The notes: generated by a model from the letters alone, not told the origin. Positions 1 through 9,598 are shown, numbered from the stretch's first letter. The stretch is DNA of 64,000 nucleotides from Alphaproteobacteria bacterium (GCA_019746225.1 JAIESE010000036.1:11519-75518); one strand, 5' to 3'. Translations and numbers: made by a program.

Positions 1-1148
1 TTTAAAAGCAAGGCCATTTCACCAAAGGATCCTGGATAACTTAAGACAAACAGTTGTTTTTGCTTCTTGGTGCCAGATTTGGTTTTGTAGGCAATCGAAA
101 TCTCGACAACGCCTTCCCCAATCATAAACAAGGATTCGCCTTCTTCACCTTCAGAAACGATTTTGTCTCCCTCAGAAAAGACATGTCGTTTCACCTGTTC
201 AGTAAGTTTCAAGACGGCTGATTTTGGCAAGCTCTTGAACATATCAACCTGTCTGATGAGTTTTTCAACCGAAAGAGGTAAGTCTTCTTGATAAGGCCTT
301 CCACCTTTCCTAATAGCATATTCTCCAAGATATTCAGACACACGCAAACTATAGGCATGCAAACTCTTGATGACGTATTCGATCACGTCATGCCTAGCGT
401 CAAGACTCTTCAATACATCAAGCACTTTATACTTAATCTCATAAACAATACCCCCTTCAGTGGTTTTGAGAGCTTTAACTTTACATTGTCGATCATAAAT
501 ACTCGGGGCTTGCATGGCCCCAGCACGCAATATACGGGTTGCCCGATCAACGGGGATCGAGTGATCTACCGTTATCTCAACCTTATCCCAATAATCCATT
601 TCAGGTTTGTTGTAATTGATAAACCCTTGAGCGATTTTTCGATGAGGAATCACGATAAGATGCCCCTCAAGATTTTGCAAAATGACGGTTCTCCAATTCA
701 CCTCAACAACTTTGCCAAGATCGCCACCAAGAGGTTTAATCCAATCCCCCAACTCAAAAGGGGATTCTGTCTCTAAAATAACCCCTGAAAAAGCATCCAA
801 TATAAGATCACCCAAGGCAAATGTTAATCCCGCACTGACGAGGCCCCCAAGGGCAACTAAACTAAAGATCGACTTGCCCAAAACAAAAACAATAATGGAA
901 AGAATGATGGCCACAAAAATAAGGAGCTTCGTTGTCATGAACACAATGCGGGGCACGTCCCTTTTGAAAAGACGCTTATACCGATCAAAAAAGATGGCCT
1001 TAATGAGAACATACAAAGTAATCCACGAAAGACCGATTAGAATGGCCTTAAAAGCTTGCAACGTTATATGAAGGGGGCCACTTGGCATAAGAGATGTATT
1101 AATCATCGCAGACGAAATGATCAAAAGAAATAATATTGAGAAAATCAT
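1..1148 (-). CDS. Mechanosensitive ion channel (MscS family) with C-terminal cyclic-nucleotide-binding domain; 3' end runs off the window
   Basis: My own minus-strand translation from the ATG at 1148 is open to position 1. It reads MIFSILFLLIISSAMINTSLMPSG...GDLILDAFSGVILETESPFELGDWIKP (MscS beta-domain motif)...VFSEGDKIVSEGEEGESLFMIGEGVVEISIAYK...PGSFGEMALLL (cNMP-binding fold). It is absent from the ORF track because no stop lies in the window. The + ORFs 288..776 and 682..1071 are its antisense shadows. Confidence 0.8.
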   Translation of the reverse strand, partial: MIFSILFLLIISSAMINTSLMPSGPLHITLQAFKAILIGLSWITLYVLIKAIFFDRYKRLFKRDVPRIVFMTTKLLIFVAIILSIIVFVLGKSIFSLVALGGLVSAGLTFALGDLILDAFSGVILETESPFELGDWIKPLGGDLGKVVEVNWRTVILQNLEGHLIVIPHRKIAQGFINYNKPEMDYWDKVEITVDHSIPVDRATRILRAGAMQAPSIYDRQCKVKALKTTEGGIVYEIKYKVLDVLKSLDARHDVIEYVIKSLHAYSLRVSEYLGEYAIRKGGRPYQEDLPLSVEKLIRQVDMFKSLPKSAVLKLTEQVKRHVFSEGDKIVSEGEEGESLFMIGEGVVEISIAYKTKSGTKKQKQLFVLSYPGSFGEMALLL

Positions 1149-1309
1149 AAAACTTTTATGCCAGGACAACTCAACTGACTCCTTTATAGGGCACAGACTC
1201 TTTTCTAACCCTATCTTATGACCAAAGAGGTAAATAATTTATGAATAGATTTAGAACCTGAATGGGGTATAGATTGCAACAATGATGCGCAACACTTACC
1301 CCTCACCCC

Positions 1310-2407
1310 CTACCGCTGATCGAGCCTAAACTCAATTCGACGGTTGCGCGCCATGGATTTTTCAACACCCATTGAGTCTTCTTTGGCATCACTTCTTGGT
1401 TCAAGCGGTTGGAACTCCCCAAATCCTGCCGCGACCAAGTTCTTCGGGTCAATCCCTTGTGATATCAGGTAGCGAACTACGGAAATCGCCCGGGCGGAGG
1501 AAAGCTCCCAGTTGGAAGGGAATTGTTGGCGCTTAATGGGAATGGTGTCCGTGTGCCCATCCACCCGCAAAATCCAGCGAATCGAAGAAGGAATCTTTAC
1601 AGAAATTTCCTTGAGGGCAACCGCCAATTTATCCAGTTGTTCATGACCTTCTTTTCCAAGTTCCGCAGATCCTCGATCAAAGAGAACCTCTGATTGGAAA
1701 ACAAACCGGTCCCCCACAACTCGAATATCTTGTCGATCCCCAAGTACTTTCGAGAGCTTTGTTAAGAAGTCAGACCGGAACTGACCCAATGAGGTCACCC
1801 CTTCAGAGGTTACACCCTTCTTTTGGCCCAAATCGTCAACTTGAACCTTGAGGAGAACGTTTTCCCCTTGAACCCCTTCCAACTCTTTACGTAAAGCTTC
1901 CAGCTCCACCGTCTTTTTGGCCAGTGTATCTTCCAAACGACGATGCAGATTCGCTAGCTCCAGTTCTTGCTCTTTATACTTGGTCTCTTCGGTTTTAAGG
2001 GCTGAATTCAAGTGAGAAATCGCTTCTTGGAGTTCTGCAATTTGTTGGGACAAACTAACGGCTTTTTCAGCTTCTTGAGTCTTGGCAATTTTCTCCGCTG
2101 ATAAATCTTGTGTCGCCAAACTCAATTGGTGAGTAAGAGATGTGATCTGAGTCTCAAGCGACATCAAGGTTTTCTGAGCTTCTTCTTTGGAGATTCGTTC
2201 TGTCTTGAGGTTATGGGTCAAAGTATCAATCTGCTTGTTCAAGCTGATGACTGATTGATCCCGATCATTCAAGGCATCCGTCAGATACAGTTGTGCCACG
2301 ACAAAGGTCATCAGCACAAAAATGATCACCATCAACACCGCGGCAAGCGCATCCACAAACCCAGGCCATATATCAAAATTATGGTGACGACGACGAATAG
2401 CAAACAT
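1310..2407 (-). CDS. MotB-like membrane anchor / coiled coil / OmpA-family peptidoglycan-binding protein
   Basis: The N-terminus (FDIWPGFVDALAAVLMVIIFVLM) is a MotB-type TM helix. A long heptad-like Q/E/L/K region sits in the middle. The C-terminus (GHTD..P...FPSNWELSSARA..V..YL...G....L.A.GFGE..P) is an OmpA_C-like domain. Confidence 0.8.
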   Translation of the reverse strand: MFAIRRRHHNFDIWPGFVDALAAVLMVIIFVLMTFVVAQLYLTDALNDRDQSVISLNKQIDTLTHNLKTERISKEEAQKTLMSLETQITSLTHQLSLATQDLSAEKIAKTQEAEKAVSLSQQIAELQEAISHLNSALKTEETKYKEQELELANLHRRLEDTLAKKTVELEALRKELEGVQGENVLLKVQVDDLGQKKGVTSEGVTSLGQFRSDFLTKLSKVLGDRQDIRVVGDRFVFQSEVLFDRGSAELGKEGHEQLDKLAVALKEISVKIPSSIRWILRVDGHTDTIPIKRQQFPSNWELSSARAISVVRYLISQGIDPKNLVAAGFGEFQPLEPRSDAKEDSMGVEKSMARNRRIEFRLDQR

Positions 2408-2470
2408 ATCTCAAACCTTTATGATCGTTTTCTTTGTCGCCATTCTATCGAAGAGTTGGTGTGGTGTCTA

Positions 2471-3376
2471 TCAAGCAGATAAAATCTGCAAAATCGCCTC
2501 ACTTAAGGCAGGCATCAAGTCAATCCCATTGGTTGGATGGGGAATTGTGTTACAGGTTACAACTTTTGAAGCCCCTGCCTGTATCAGGCTGATATAGGCG
2601 TCACCTGCAAAAATACCGTGAACCCCAATGCATACGGGCGGATTCATGCCCTTTTGATTCACATGGACGACGGTCTCAATCATCGTGCGGGCGGTTGAAA
2701 TAATATCATCTACGAGGACCGGCGTATGAGACATAAAGGCGGACATGTCGGGAAAAGTAACGGAAACCTCCCGATCGCCAGTACGTGTTTTTTCCAAAAT
2801 AACGAAGGGTGCCTTTGAAAGCCTTGCAATGCTTGAGACCCACTGTACACTTTCCGCATCAGGACCAATGAAAAGGGGTTGCTCCACATGGCTCATAACC
2901 CATTTTACAATGGCATCCGTAGCATGGATCACTTGCGAGGGAATGGTATAAATCTCATCCAAAGAATGACGCCGATGCAAATGGGGATCGACCGTCAAGA
3001 CCCAATCAAAGGCTTCAGAAAGAACGCGAGCAAAATAAGTGGACGTGATCGCTTCACCGGGATGAAACCGCTTGTCTTGACGCATATATGCCAGATATGG
3101 GCATACCAATCCTACCCGTTTTGCTCCCAATTCTCGCGCTGTTTCTGCAAGAAAAATCAGCGGTATCGTTTTTGTGTCAGGTTGGTGCAGACTGTCAAAA
3201 ACAATGACGTTGCGGCCTTCTATTTCCTTCGAGATATCACCTTGAATTTGGAGATAATCTTCCCCGTCCGGAAAGGCGTGATGATTCACGCGTCCCAAAT
3301 CTGCGTTTAACAAAATCTGAAGTTGTTGCACCAAAGCGGGTTCGGTAAATAAGCTGAGGAGAATGGGTTTCATCAC
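2471..3376 (-). CDS. Ribose-phosphate pyrophosphokinase (PRPP synthetase) family protein
   Basis: The 301-aa product carries YLAYMRQDKRF (compare the YxxYARQDR flag region) and VLVDDIISTARTM (PRPP-binding loop). It overlaps the upstream gene by 4 nt. Confidence 0.8.
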   Translation of the reverse strand: MMKPILLSLFTEPALVQQLQILLNADLGRVNHHAFPDGEDYLQIQGDISKEIEGRNVIVFDSLHQPDTKTIPLIFLAETARELGAKRVGLVCPYLAYMRQDKRFHPGEAITSTYFARVLSEAFDWVLTVDPHLHRRHSLDEIYTIPSQVIHATDAIVKWVMSHVEQPLFIGPDAESVQWVSSIARLSKAPFVILEKTRTGDREVSVTFPDMSAFMSHTPVLVDDIISTARTMIETVVHVNQKGMNPPVCIGVHGIFAGDAYISLIQAGASKVVTCNTIPHPTNGIDLMPALSEAILQILSA

Positions 3377-4899
3377 GCTTCGTCCACGCGAATGACGTTG
3401 GGATCTTGTTCTAGGTAGGCAAGCGCGTAATCCAGCTCACTACGTGTATCGGCATAAACCGTAAACAACGGCTGACCCTTTTCAACTTTCGCCTCTAAAG
3501 GGGTGTGAAGTCTTATCCCTGCCCTTTTTGCATGTGGGGCGCCGGCCAACTTTGCGAGTCGTGAAATAGCACGATTATCGATTTGGGTCACTTTACCTTG
3601 CCTTTCAGCAAGAACCTCATGGGTATGATCCGCCAGCTTGAATGTGCGAAATCCTCCTTGAGCCTCACAAATCTTTACAAACTTTTCCCAAGCCTTTCCG
3701 CTGACTAAGATCTCTTCGGCGAGGGCTCTTCCCATACCCGCATGGATATGAGGTTGAAACTCGATAATCTTGGCCGCTATGGTTAACGCTCGTTCCCGCA
3801 AATCTTGAGGTGCTTCAGGGCTTCCTTGCAATACTTGAAGAATGTCAAAGGCCTCTAAAGTAGGACCAATCCCCCGTCCAACAGGTTGCAGACCATCGCT
3901 GAATAAAACGTCTACCATCACCCCGAGTTCATGACCCACACGCTTCAAAAGCTTCGCAAGAGAGTCTCCTTCAGCGTGCGTTCGAATCTTTGCCGTTGGC
4001 CCCACAGGCATATCAATCAAAATCTGCGTTGAGCCAGCGGCTATTTTCTTGGACAAGATGGAAGCCACAAGCTGCCCCTCTCCATCAAAATCCAGAACAC
4101 GTTCGATACGAATCAATAGATCATCCACCGGGCTCAAATTAACGGACCCACCCCAGGCAATACACCCATTTTCTTGGCGGACAACTTTACGCATCATGTC
4201 TAAGGTTAACTCGACAGGTGCAAATACTTCCATGGTATCAGCCGTTCCTGCAGGGGACGTGATGGCCCGAGAAGAGGTTTTTGGCATTAGCAATCCATAA
4301 GCCGCAATGATGGGAACAACAAGAAGCGTGGTTCGATTTCCCGGTAACCCCCCCACACAATGTTTATCAACGACAAAATCATGCCCCCAGTCAATAGTAT
4401 CCCCCGTTTTAACCATGGACTTTGTCAAAGCAGTCACTTCTTCCTGGTTTAGATTTTCAGACCCACACGCTGTCAAAAAAGCCGAGATATGAATATCCGA
4501 ATAATTTCCCGACATAATATCGGCCAGAATACTGTCAAACTGCCGCTGATTCAGTGTATTTCCATAGATTTTCGAATGAAGGCAAGAAAGGGACTTTAAC
4601 GGAGGGGGATGGGACACAGAAATTGAGGCACCCTCATGGGCTTTCAGCGTTTTCCAGGCATAATTCGACAAAAATACGACATTCTTTGGTAAAAGATCGG
4701 AGTGAACTTTATAAAGGGTTGCGATCACTGACCGCTTGCCTAAAGTTACCTGGACACGGCTAAAGGCTTGCAAACCTTCCGCACGACACACATGAGAATC
4801 ATGGTGTAAGAAAATGATGGATTCGCTATAGGTATCAACGTCCAACCGCTTGAGGATTAACTCCCCATTTTGATGATTGCTGGCTTGCTGATCACTCAT
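3373..4899 (-). CDS. Thymidine phosphorylase family protein (long, AMP-phosphorylase-like form)
   Basis: The 508-aa product has motifs of the glycosyl-transferase family 3 core and the pyrimidine nucleoside phosphorylase C-terminal domain: VDKHCVGGLPGNRTTLLVVPI, TSSRAITSPAGTADTME and DGEGQLVASILSKK. It also has an extra N-terminal region of about 90 aa. Confidence 0.8.
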   Translation of the reverse strand: MSDQQASNHQNGELILKRLDVDTYSESIIFLHHDSHVCRAEGLQAFSRVQVTLGKRSVIATLYKVHSDLLPKNVVFLSNYAWKTLKAHEGASISVSHPPPLKSLSCLHSKIYGNTLNQRQFDSILADIMSGNYSDIHISAFLTACGSENLNQEEVTALTKSMVKTGDTIDWGHDFVVDKHCVGGLPGNRTTLLVVPIIAAYGLLMPKTSSRAITSPAGTADTMEVFAPVELTLDMMRKVVRQENGCIAWGGSVNLSPVDDLLIRIERVLDFDGEGQLVASILSKKIAAGSTQILIDMPVGPTAKIRTHAEGDSLAKLLKRVGHELGVMVDVLFSDGLQPVGRGIGPTLEAFDILQVLQGSPEAPQDLRERALTIAAKIIEFQPHIHAGMGRALAEEILVSGKAWEKFVKICEAQGGFRTFKLADHTHEVLAERQGKVTQIDNRAISRLAKLAGAPHAKRAGIRLHTPLEAKVEKGQPLFTVYADTRSELDYALAYLEQDPNVIRVDEA

Positions 4900-5065
4900 T
4901 CATTTCGCCTCATAATTCCTTGTTTCTTGAATGCCTGTTTCATATTCTGCGCCAAGTCACCCCTTTTACGCAATTCAAGAAAATACCCGTTAATAAATCA
5001 TTAACCCTTTCCCCTTAGCCTAACATTAGAAGAAACTTTTATGTGTGTTTTTTAGGAGAATTGTG

Positions 5066-5422
5066 ATGCAACAAGTCTATCTGCGAGCTCAACTCTTTGT
5101 CCTTTTCTGCTTCCTATTTGCCGTACCTCAAACCTTAGCCGGGGTTGATGATGATTCCTACCCCCATATAATCGATACCTCTTCAGGTGACAATGTAGTT
5201 GAGGTCCATGACATTAATTTTTCTGCAGATGACCACGAAGCTCTCATTGCTCAACAACCGATCACCCCTCCTTCACTCTCGAGCAACAAGAGCGAGAAGC
5301 GCGCATTAAAACTCAAACACAAAGCCGAAATAAGAGCCTTAAATAGAAGATTTCAGGATGATCTACACCGACTGGAATTACGCCAAGAAGCCGCTATAAA
5401 GGCGCTAGAGGCAGGGCACTAA
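5066..5422 (+). CDS. Small secreted protein with a charged helical C-terminal half (member 1 of a tandem set)
   Basis: An AGGAG motif precedes the ATG at 5066; the track ORF begins at a GTG at 5045. The signal peptide is MQQVYLRAQLFVLFCFLFAVPQTLAG. The tail is KSEKRALKLKHKAEIRALNRRFQDDL. Confidence 0.6.
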   Translation: MQQVYLRAQLFVLFCFLFAVPQTLAGVDDDSYPHIIDTSSGDNVVEVHDINFSADDHEALIAQQPITPPSLSSNKSEKRALKLKHKAEIRALNRRFQDDLHRLELRQEAAIKALEAGH

Positions 5423-5541
5423 TAAGTCAGTAATGACGCTGATACAAAAACGTCCTTCTCGACAAGACACGCGCATTAACGAAATCTAAAGATATTTTAG
5501 TGCACAATCTCTATAGATAAATTGATAATTTAAGGAAAATT

Positions 5542-5937
5542 ATGATGACCCTAGTCACCCCCCGCTTCCAAGTCATGGCTATTTGTGGAACGTTGCTATT
5601 CACGTCTCAAATTTTGGCGACAGATCTTTCGATCCTATCACCAGAACCAGAAAGCCTCATGAGTCAACAACCCCAAGGCTCAAGAAAAGATACCTATCGG
5701 CAAAGAAAAGATGCTGCTGAACAGGCTTCTCAACAAAGAAAAGATGCTTTAAGAGCTCAAAGAGAAAGCGGAGACATTTCCAAACAGGAACACAAAGCCG
5801 CTAAAAAGGCAGAAAAGAAGTCACTAAAAGAGACAAAGAAAGCGGAAAAGAAGAGTTACAAACAAGACAAGAAGGCAGCAAAAAGAGCTGCACAATCGAA
5901 TGGAAATCAAAACGTTGGGGATAATATCCCCAATTGA
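5542..5937 (+). CDS. Small secreted Lys/Gln/Ala-rich repeat protein (member 2)
   Basis: It has a signal-peptide-like N-terminus (FQVMAICGTLLFTSQILATD) and an SD-like AAGGAAA motif upstream. The motif KKAEKKS(L/Y)K occurs twice. Confidence 0.65.
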   Translation: MMTLVTPRFQVMAICGTLLFTSQILATDLSILSPEPESLMSQQPQGSRKDTYRQRKDAAEQASQQRKDALRAQRESGDISKQEHKAAKKAEKKSLKETKKAEKKSYKQDKKAAKRAAQSNGNQNVGDNIPN

Positions 5938-5974
5938 ACGGAAAATGAGGAAATCGTAAACAATTTTTTGGAGA

Positions 5975-6499
5975 ATGACCATGACAAAATTAACCACCCA
6001 TTTAAAGACCTTTGCTCTTTCTGGAACTGTTCTGTTAGCCCCCCTAACTCAGGCGAGCGAGACTGGAACTCCGGCTCCTACCAAAGAAATGTCTCGCGAT
6101 ATAAAAGATACCGCTACCGCCACCTATCGTAAAGCAGAAGATGATGCTAACGCAGTGTATCGTAAAGCAAAGGATGATGCTGACAAGGCATATAGTGAAA
6201 AAGCGGCAGCAGCTACAACTAAAGATACTGAAAAGAAAGCTGAGATCGAAAAGGTAAAAGCAGCAGGCACCATCGGAGACAAAGCTTACAAGAAGCAAAT
6301 GAGTGAAGAAAAGAAGGTGTTTGACAAGTCATTAAAAGATGCAGCCAACGAACGTGATAAGGCAAAAAAAGCAGCAGAAAACCAATACAATAAATCCATA
6401 AAGGATGCAAAGAAGAAGTTAGAGGATGTTAAAAAAACACAAAAGAAAAGCCATAAAGCTCAAGTGAAGGCCCAAAAAGCCCAAGGAGCCGCAAATTAG
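5975..6499 (+). CDS. Small secreted Lys/Ala/Asp-rich repeat protein (member 3)
   Basis: The signal peptide is TFALSGTVLLAPLTQASE and a GGAGA motif lies upstream. The motif YRKA(E/K)DDA(N/D).(V/A)Y is repeated, followed by a K/A/E-rich tail. Confidence 0.65.
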   Translation: MTMTKLTTHLKTFALSGTVLLAPLTQASETGTPAPTKEMSRDIKDTATATYRKAEDDANAVYRKAKDDADKAYSEKAAAATTKDTEKKAEIEKVKAAGTIGDKAYKKQMSEEKKVFDKSLKDAANERDKAKKAAENQYNKSIKDAKKKLEDVKKTQKKSHKAQVKAQKAQGAAN

Positions 6500-6551
6500 G
6501 CAGTACGGAAAAAATAGAGTGGAACGAATACATTTTTAAAAGGAGACGACC

Positions 6552-7007
6552 ATGATTAAGATATCAAATGCAGTTATTTTTTCAACAGCCCTACTAGCCT
6601 TTCCTATGGCTGGCGCTTCGGAACCGGCTGCAAGCCCAAAGATGGAAACGTCAGCACCCGCAGCTGTCAGCCCACAAACCACCGCTACCCCTTCTGCTGA
6701 GGTTAAGGTCACCAGTCGTGAAGACTATCAGAAACAAAAAGCTGAGTTGAAAGCTCAAAAGAAAAATAAGAGCATTACAAAAAAGGAATACAAGGAAAAG
6801 AAGAAAGCCTTGAAGCATGCGTATAAGGCCTACCGCCAAGCTCAAAAAGCGGAACACAAAGCAAAGAAGCAAGCATTGAAGGACGAAAGAAAAGCCCTCA
6901 AAGCAAAAGAAAAAGCATTGAAGGACGAAAGAAAGGCAAATAAGAAAGCCGAGAAAATGGCGAGTGAACCTGCCAAAGTAGAGCAACCCGCCGCTAAAGC
7001 TTCTTAA
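6552..7007 (+). CDS. Small secreted Lys/Ala/Glu-rich repeat protein (member 4)
   Basis: An AAAGGAG motif lies upstream and the signal peptide is [26 protein letters not shown](L/N)K occurs twice. At DNA level, gcattgaaggacgaaagaaa is a 20-nt direct repeat with the two copies starting 42 nt apart. Confidence 0.65.
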   Translation: MIKISNAVIFSTALLAFPMAGASEPAASPKMETSAPAAVSPQTTATPSAEVKVTSREDYQKQKAELKAQKKNKSITKKEYKEKKKALKHAYKAYRQAQKAEHKAKKQALKDERKALKAKEKALKDERKANKKAEKMASEPAKVEQPAAKAS

Positions 7008-7219
7008 GATTTAGGTTGCGTTGGCTTCCTTGAAGTTTTGGGCGCGTCCTCAAGAGGGCGTGCCTCATCTTCCAACATAATCGGAATACCATTGCGAATC
7101 GGATACGCAAGACCGGCGGAACGACTGACGAGCTCTTGCGCGCCTCTATCATACTCCAAAGGCCCTTTCGTTACAGGACAAACCAGTATTTTTAAAAGGC
7201 TAGGATCAACTTCCGTCAT
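7004..7219 (-). CDS. Trm112 family protein
   Basis: The 71-aa product has [17 protein letters not shown]...[12 protein letters not shown], the typical Trm112/UPF0434 signature. Confidence 0.85.
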   Translation of the reverse strand: MTEVDPSLLKILVCPVTKGPLEYDRGAQELVSRSAGLAYPIRNGIPIMLEDEARPLEDAPKTSRKPTQPKS

Positions 7220-7231
7220 TATTATTTTCCT

Positions 7232-7915
7232 TTAGTGACACGTTTGATTTTTCTTGTTCTGATCAAGAACAGCCATTTCCATGAGGGCCGTCATGACGCG
7301 GGATTGCTCTTCTGGGTTCCTGGTTTCAAGCAGGGCCTGTTTTTCGCGAACAGCAAACGGACAGGCGATAGAAAGGACATTGAGCAATTGATCGTTGGAT
7401 GCTTTCTCCAAAGTATCCCAATCCGCATTCATATCATTTGAAGCTAGGTACGATTTTAGGCTGCGTAAAAGTCGAACCCGATCAATGGAAAAATCCAACT
7501 TCTGAGCTGAATCTCCTGGGTAGGAATCATAAGTCACTCGTGCTGTGCGGCACCCATTATCTGGGGCTAATTCCTCAACAATGTCGAAGCGACAAAGGCC
7601 CTTCAGAAGAACGACGAGGTTGTTTTCCTCCGTCTTGCCGAATTCCACAATTTCCCCCAAACACCCCGTAGAAAATAGCGGTGCCAGAACTTGGCCCTCA
7701 ATCAACGTCGAATTTGGTTGAACCAATCCGATATGCTTTTTCTCAGCCTGAACACAGGCGGCAAGCATCGCTGCTTGGGTGACATCAAAGATGGGCACAG
7801 GCAACAATGTACGAGGCATCAAGATGACCCCGCGCATGGGCAGCAAGGGTAATACGTCAGGAAAGGATGGACTTTGAGTCATATTTTTTTGAGTCATCAT
7901 AGTAATTATGTGCAC
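7232..7915 (-). CDS. LON peptidase substrate-binding (Lon N-terminal) domain protein
   Basis: LPLLPMRGVILMPRTLLPVPIFD is the Lon-N start motif. The size of about 220 aa fits, and adjacency to Trm112 is a common alphaproteobacterial arrangement. The true start may be an internal Met. Confidence 0.8.
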   Translation of the reverse strand: MHIITMMTQKNMTQSPSFPDVLPLLPMRGVILMPRTLLPVPIFDVTQAAMLAACVQAEKKHIGLVQPNSTLIEGQVLAPLFSTGCLGEIVEFGKTEENNLVVLLKGLCRFDIVEELAPDNGCRTARVTYDSYPGDSAQKLDFSIDRVRLLRSLKSYLASNDMNADWDTLEKASNDQLLNVLSIACPFAVREKQALLETRNPEEQSRVMTALMEMAVLDQNKKNQTCH

Positions 7916-7981
7916 TTTTTTCCCATAAATTTCAAGTGGTTTATGAATGATACGAGGCCAAATCTAGGAAAACTCTTGCTC

Positions 7982-8010
7982 TTGACAAGTTGCGGCCCTG
8001 TGATTATGGT
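7982..8010 (+). promoter_or_regulatory. Candidate sigma70-type promoter for the MFS transporter gene
   Basis: TTGACA sits at 7982..7987 and TATGGT at 8005..8010, separated by a 17-nt spacer. The element lies about 140 nt upstream of the ATG at 8152. Confidence 0.3.
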
Positions 8011-8151
8011 CAAGGTGAAATTTCCCTCTCCTGCTTATAAATGGATATTGTTTAAGGGGTATCAAATCATGATTCAGTATCTTCTTTCCAAACATACATA
8101 ACTTCAACGACTAAATCATTTCTAACAACTTGATTTTATAAGGATAAATCT

Positions 8152-9492
8152 ATGCCTAAAAATTCCAATTCTCATGTCACCCTTCTTGCAAGCTTGGGGT
8201 CTACCTTAGAGTATTATGATTTCGTGGTGTACGGCATGATGGCAACTTATTTGAGCGTTGTCTTCTTTCCCCCTCACAATCAAGCCGCTGCCGTATTGCA
8301 ATCCTTTTTGGTCTTTGCTGTAGGCTATTTCGCCCGGCCCTTAGGAGGCACTGTTATAGGCGTAATCGGCGATCGTTGGGGGAGAAAGCCTGCTTTCTTG
8401 CTATCAACTTCCCTCATGGCCGCAAGCACCCTATTCATCTCTTGTCTTCCCAGTTACGAAACTTCCGGACATATTGCGGTATTTCTCCTCATATTGTTTC
8501 GTATTATTCAGGGCCTTTCTTTTGGGGGTGAATTACCAGGGGCTATGACCATTGTGGCTGAATTCTCAACAGAACATCGTCGAGGGAGAAAAACGAGCCT
8601 CGTAGTGGCAAGCACCAGTCTTGGAGCGCTCTTGGCCAGCGGTGTCCTCTATCTTCTCGCAGCAACCTTGAGCCGCGAAGAAATTATCGCTTGGGGATGG
8701 CGTCTTCCCTTTATGGGTGGCGGGATCTTGGGCCTCCTCCTTCTGATTGCCAGAAATACAATTCAAGAAACGCCCGCCTTTCAAGCCCTAAAAAGTAATC
8801 TCAATACGAGGGAACCCTTGATAGCCTTGTTTCAAGAACACAAACTTTCTCTCCTCAGAGGCGCAGCATTAACTGCCTGTATGGCTGCCCTGATCATCAC
8901 CAATCTCTATTTCCCTTATTTCATTCCAAAGTTCTATGGGTATGAATCAAAGGATGTTTATTTCGCAACGACGGTCAGCCTTGTTTTTGTGATCTTGATG
9001 CTTCCGATCGCGGGCATCGTGGCAGACTTGTTTCGTCAAAAAGAGACACTCTTGCGGCTGACTTGTAGCTTATATATAGCCCTTTCCCTGCCTATTTTTT
9101 CATTACTTTCCCTCAAGTCAGTGCCTTTATTGATTGCGTTTCTCATCATTCAACAACTCTTCATCGCGCTTTGTGCCCCGAGTCTTTTCCCCATTATCCT
9201 TCGACTCTTTCCCACAGAAGTGCGCTACACAGGGATTGCGGTGTGTTATAATCTCACCTGGGCACTGATGGCAACGCTTCCCATGGCTTACACTGCTCTT
9301 CTTGATAATTATGCAGCCCCTTGGGTCGTTCCTGGCATGTTATCTGTAATTGCTGGCCTGTCAGCGTTGGCAACCTGGGGTTTGAAAGGGGGGATAATGG
9401 AAACGATCCCTAATCGGATAGGTAATCATGCGGTTAATGAGAGTGGAAAAAATAGGCCAGCTCTTACAGGAACTGACCCAACTTCTTATTAA
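8152..9492 (+). CDS. MFS transporter, metabolite:H+ symporter (ProP-like) family
   Basis: The 446-aa product has about 12 hydrophobic segments. It carries LEYYDFVVYG and the GDRWGRKPAFLLS loop motif typical of the MHS family. Confidence 0.85.
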   Translation: MPKNSNSHVTLLASLGSTLEYYDFVVYGMMATYLSVVFFPPHNQAAAVLQSFLVFAVGYFARPLGGTVIGVIGDRWGRKPAFLLSTSLMAASTLFISCLPSYETSGHIAVFLLILFRIIQGLSFGGELPGAMTIVAEFSTEHRRGRKTSLVVASTSLGALLASGVLYLLAATLSREEIIAWGWRLPFMGGGILGLLLLIARNTIQETPAFQALKSNLNTREPLIALFQEHKLSLLRGAALTACMAALIITNLYFPYFIPKFYGYESKDVYFATTVSLVFVILMLPIAGIVADLFRQKETLLRLTCSLYIALSLPIFSLLSLKSVPLLIAFLIIQQLFIALCAPSLFPIILRLFPTEVRYTGIAVCYNLTWALMATLPMAYTALLDNYAAPWVVPGMLSVIAGLSALATWGLKGGIMETIPNRIGNHAVNESGKNRPALTGTDPTSY

Positions 9493-9598
9493 TATTAATG
9501 CAGTAGAAAGTTTGCTGGCCAAATATTATGGTTTATCCTACGTGGTCTCCAAGTATAAACAACGCCCTCACTCTTTCCAATTTAGGGGCAACCATTTA

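Noticed and set aside
288-1071. Two overlapping + strand ORFs (162 aa and 129 aa) at the window start
   Set aside because: The minus strand is open across the whole region and encodes a coherent MscS + cNMP-binding protein. The + strand products have no recognisable features.
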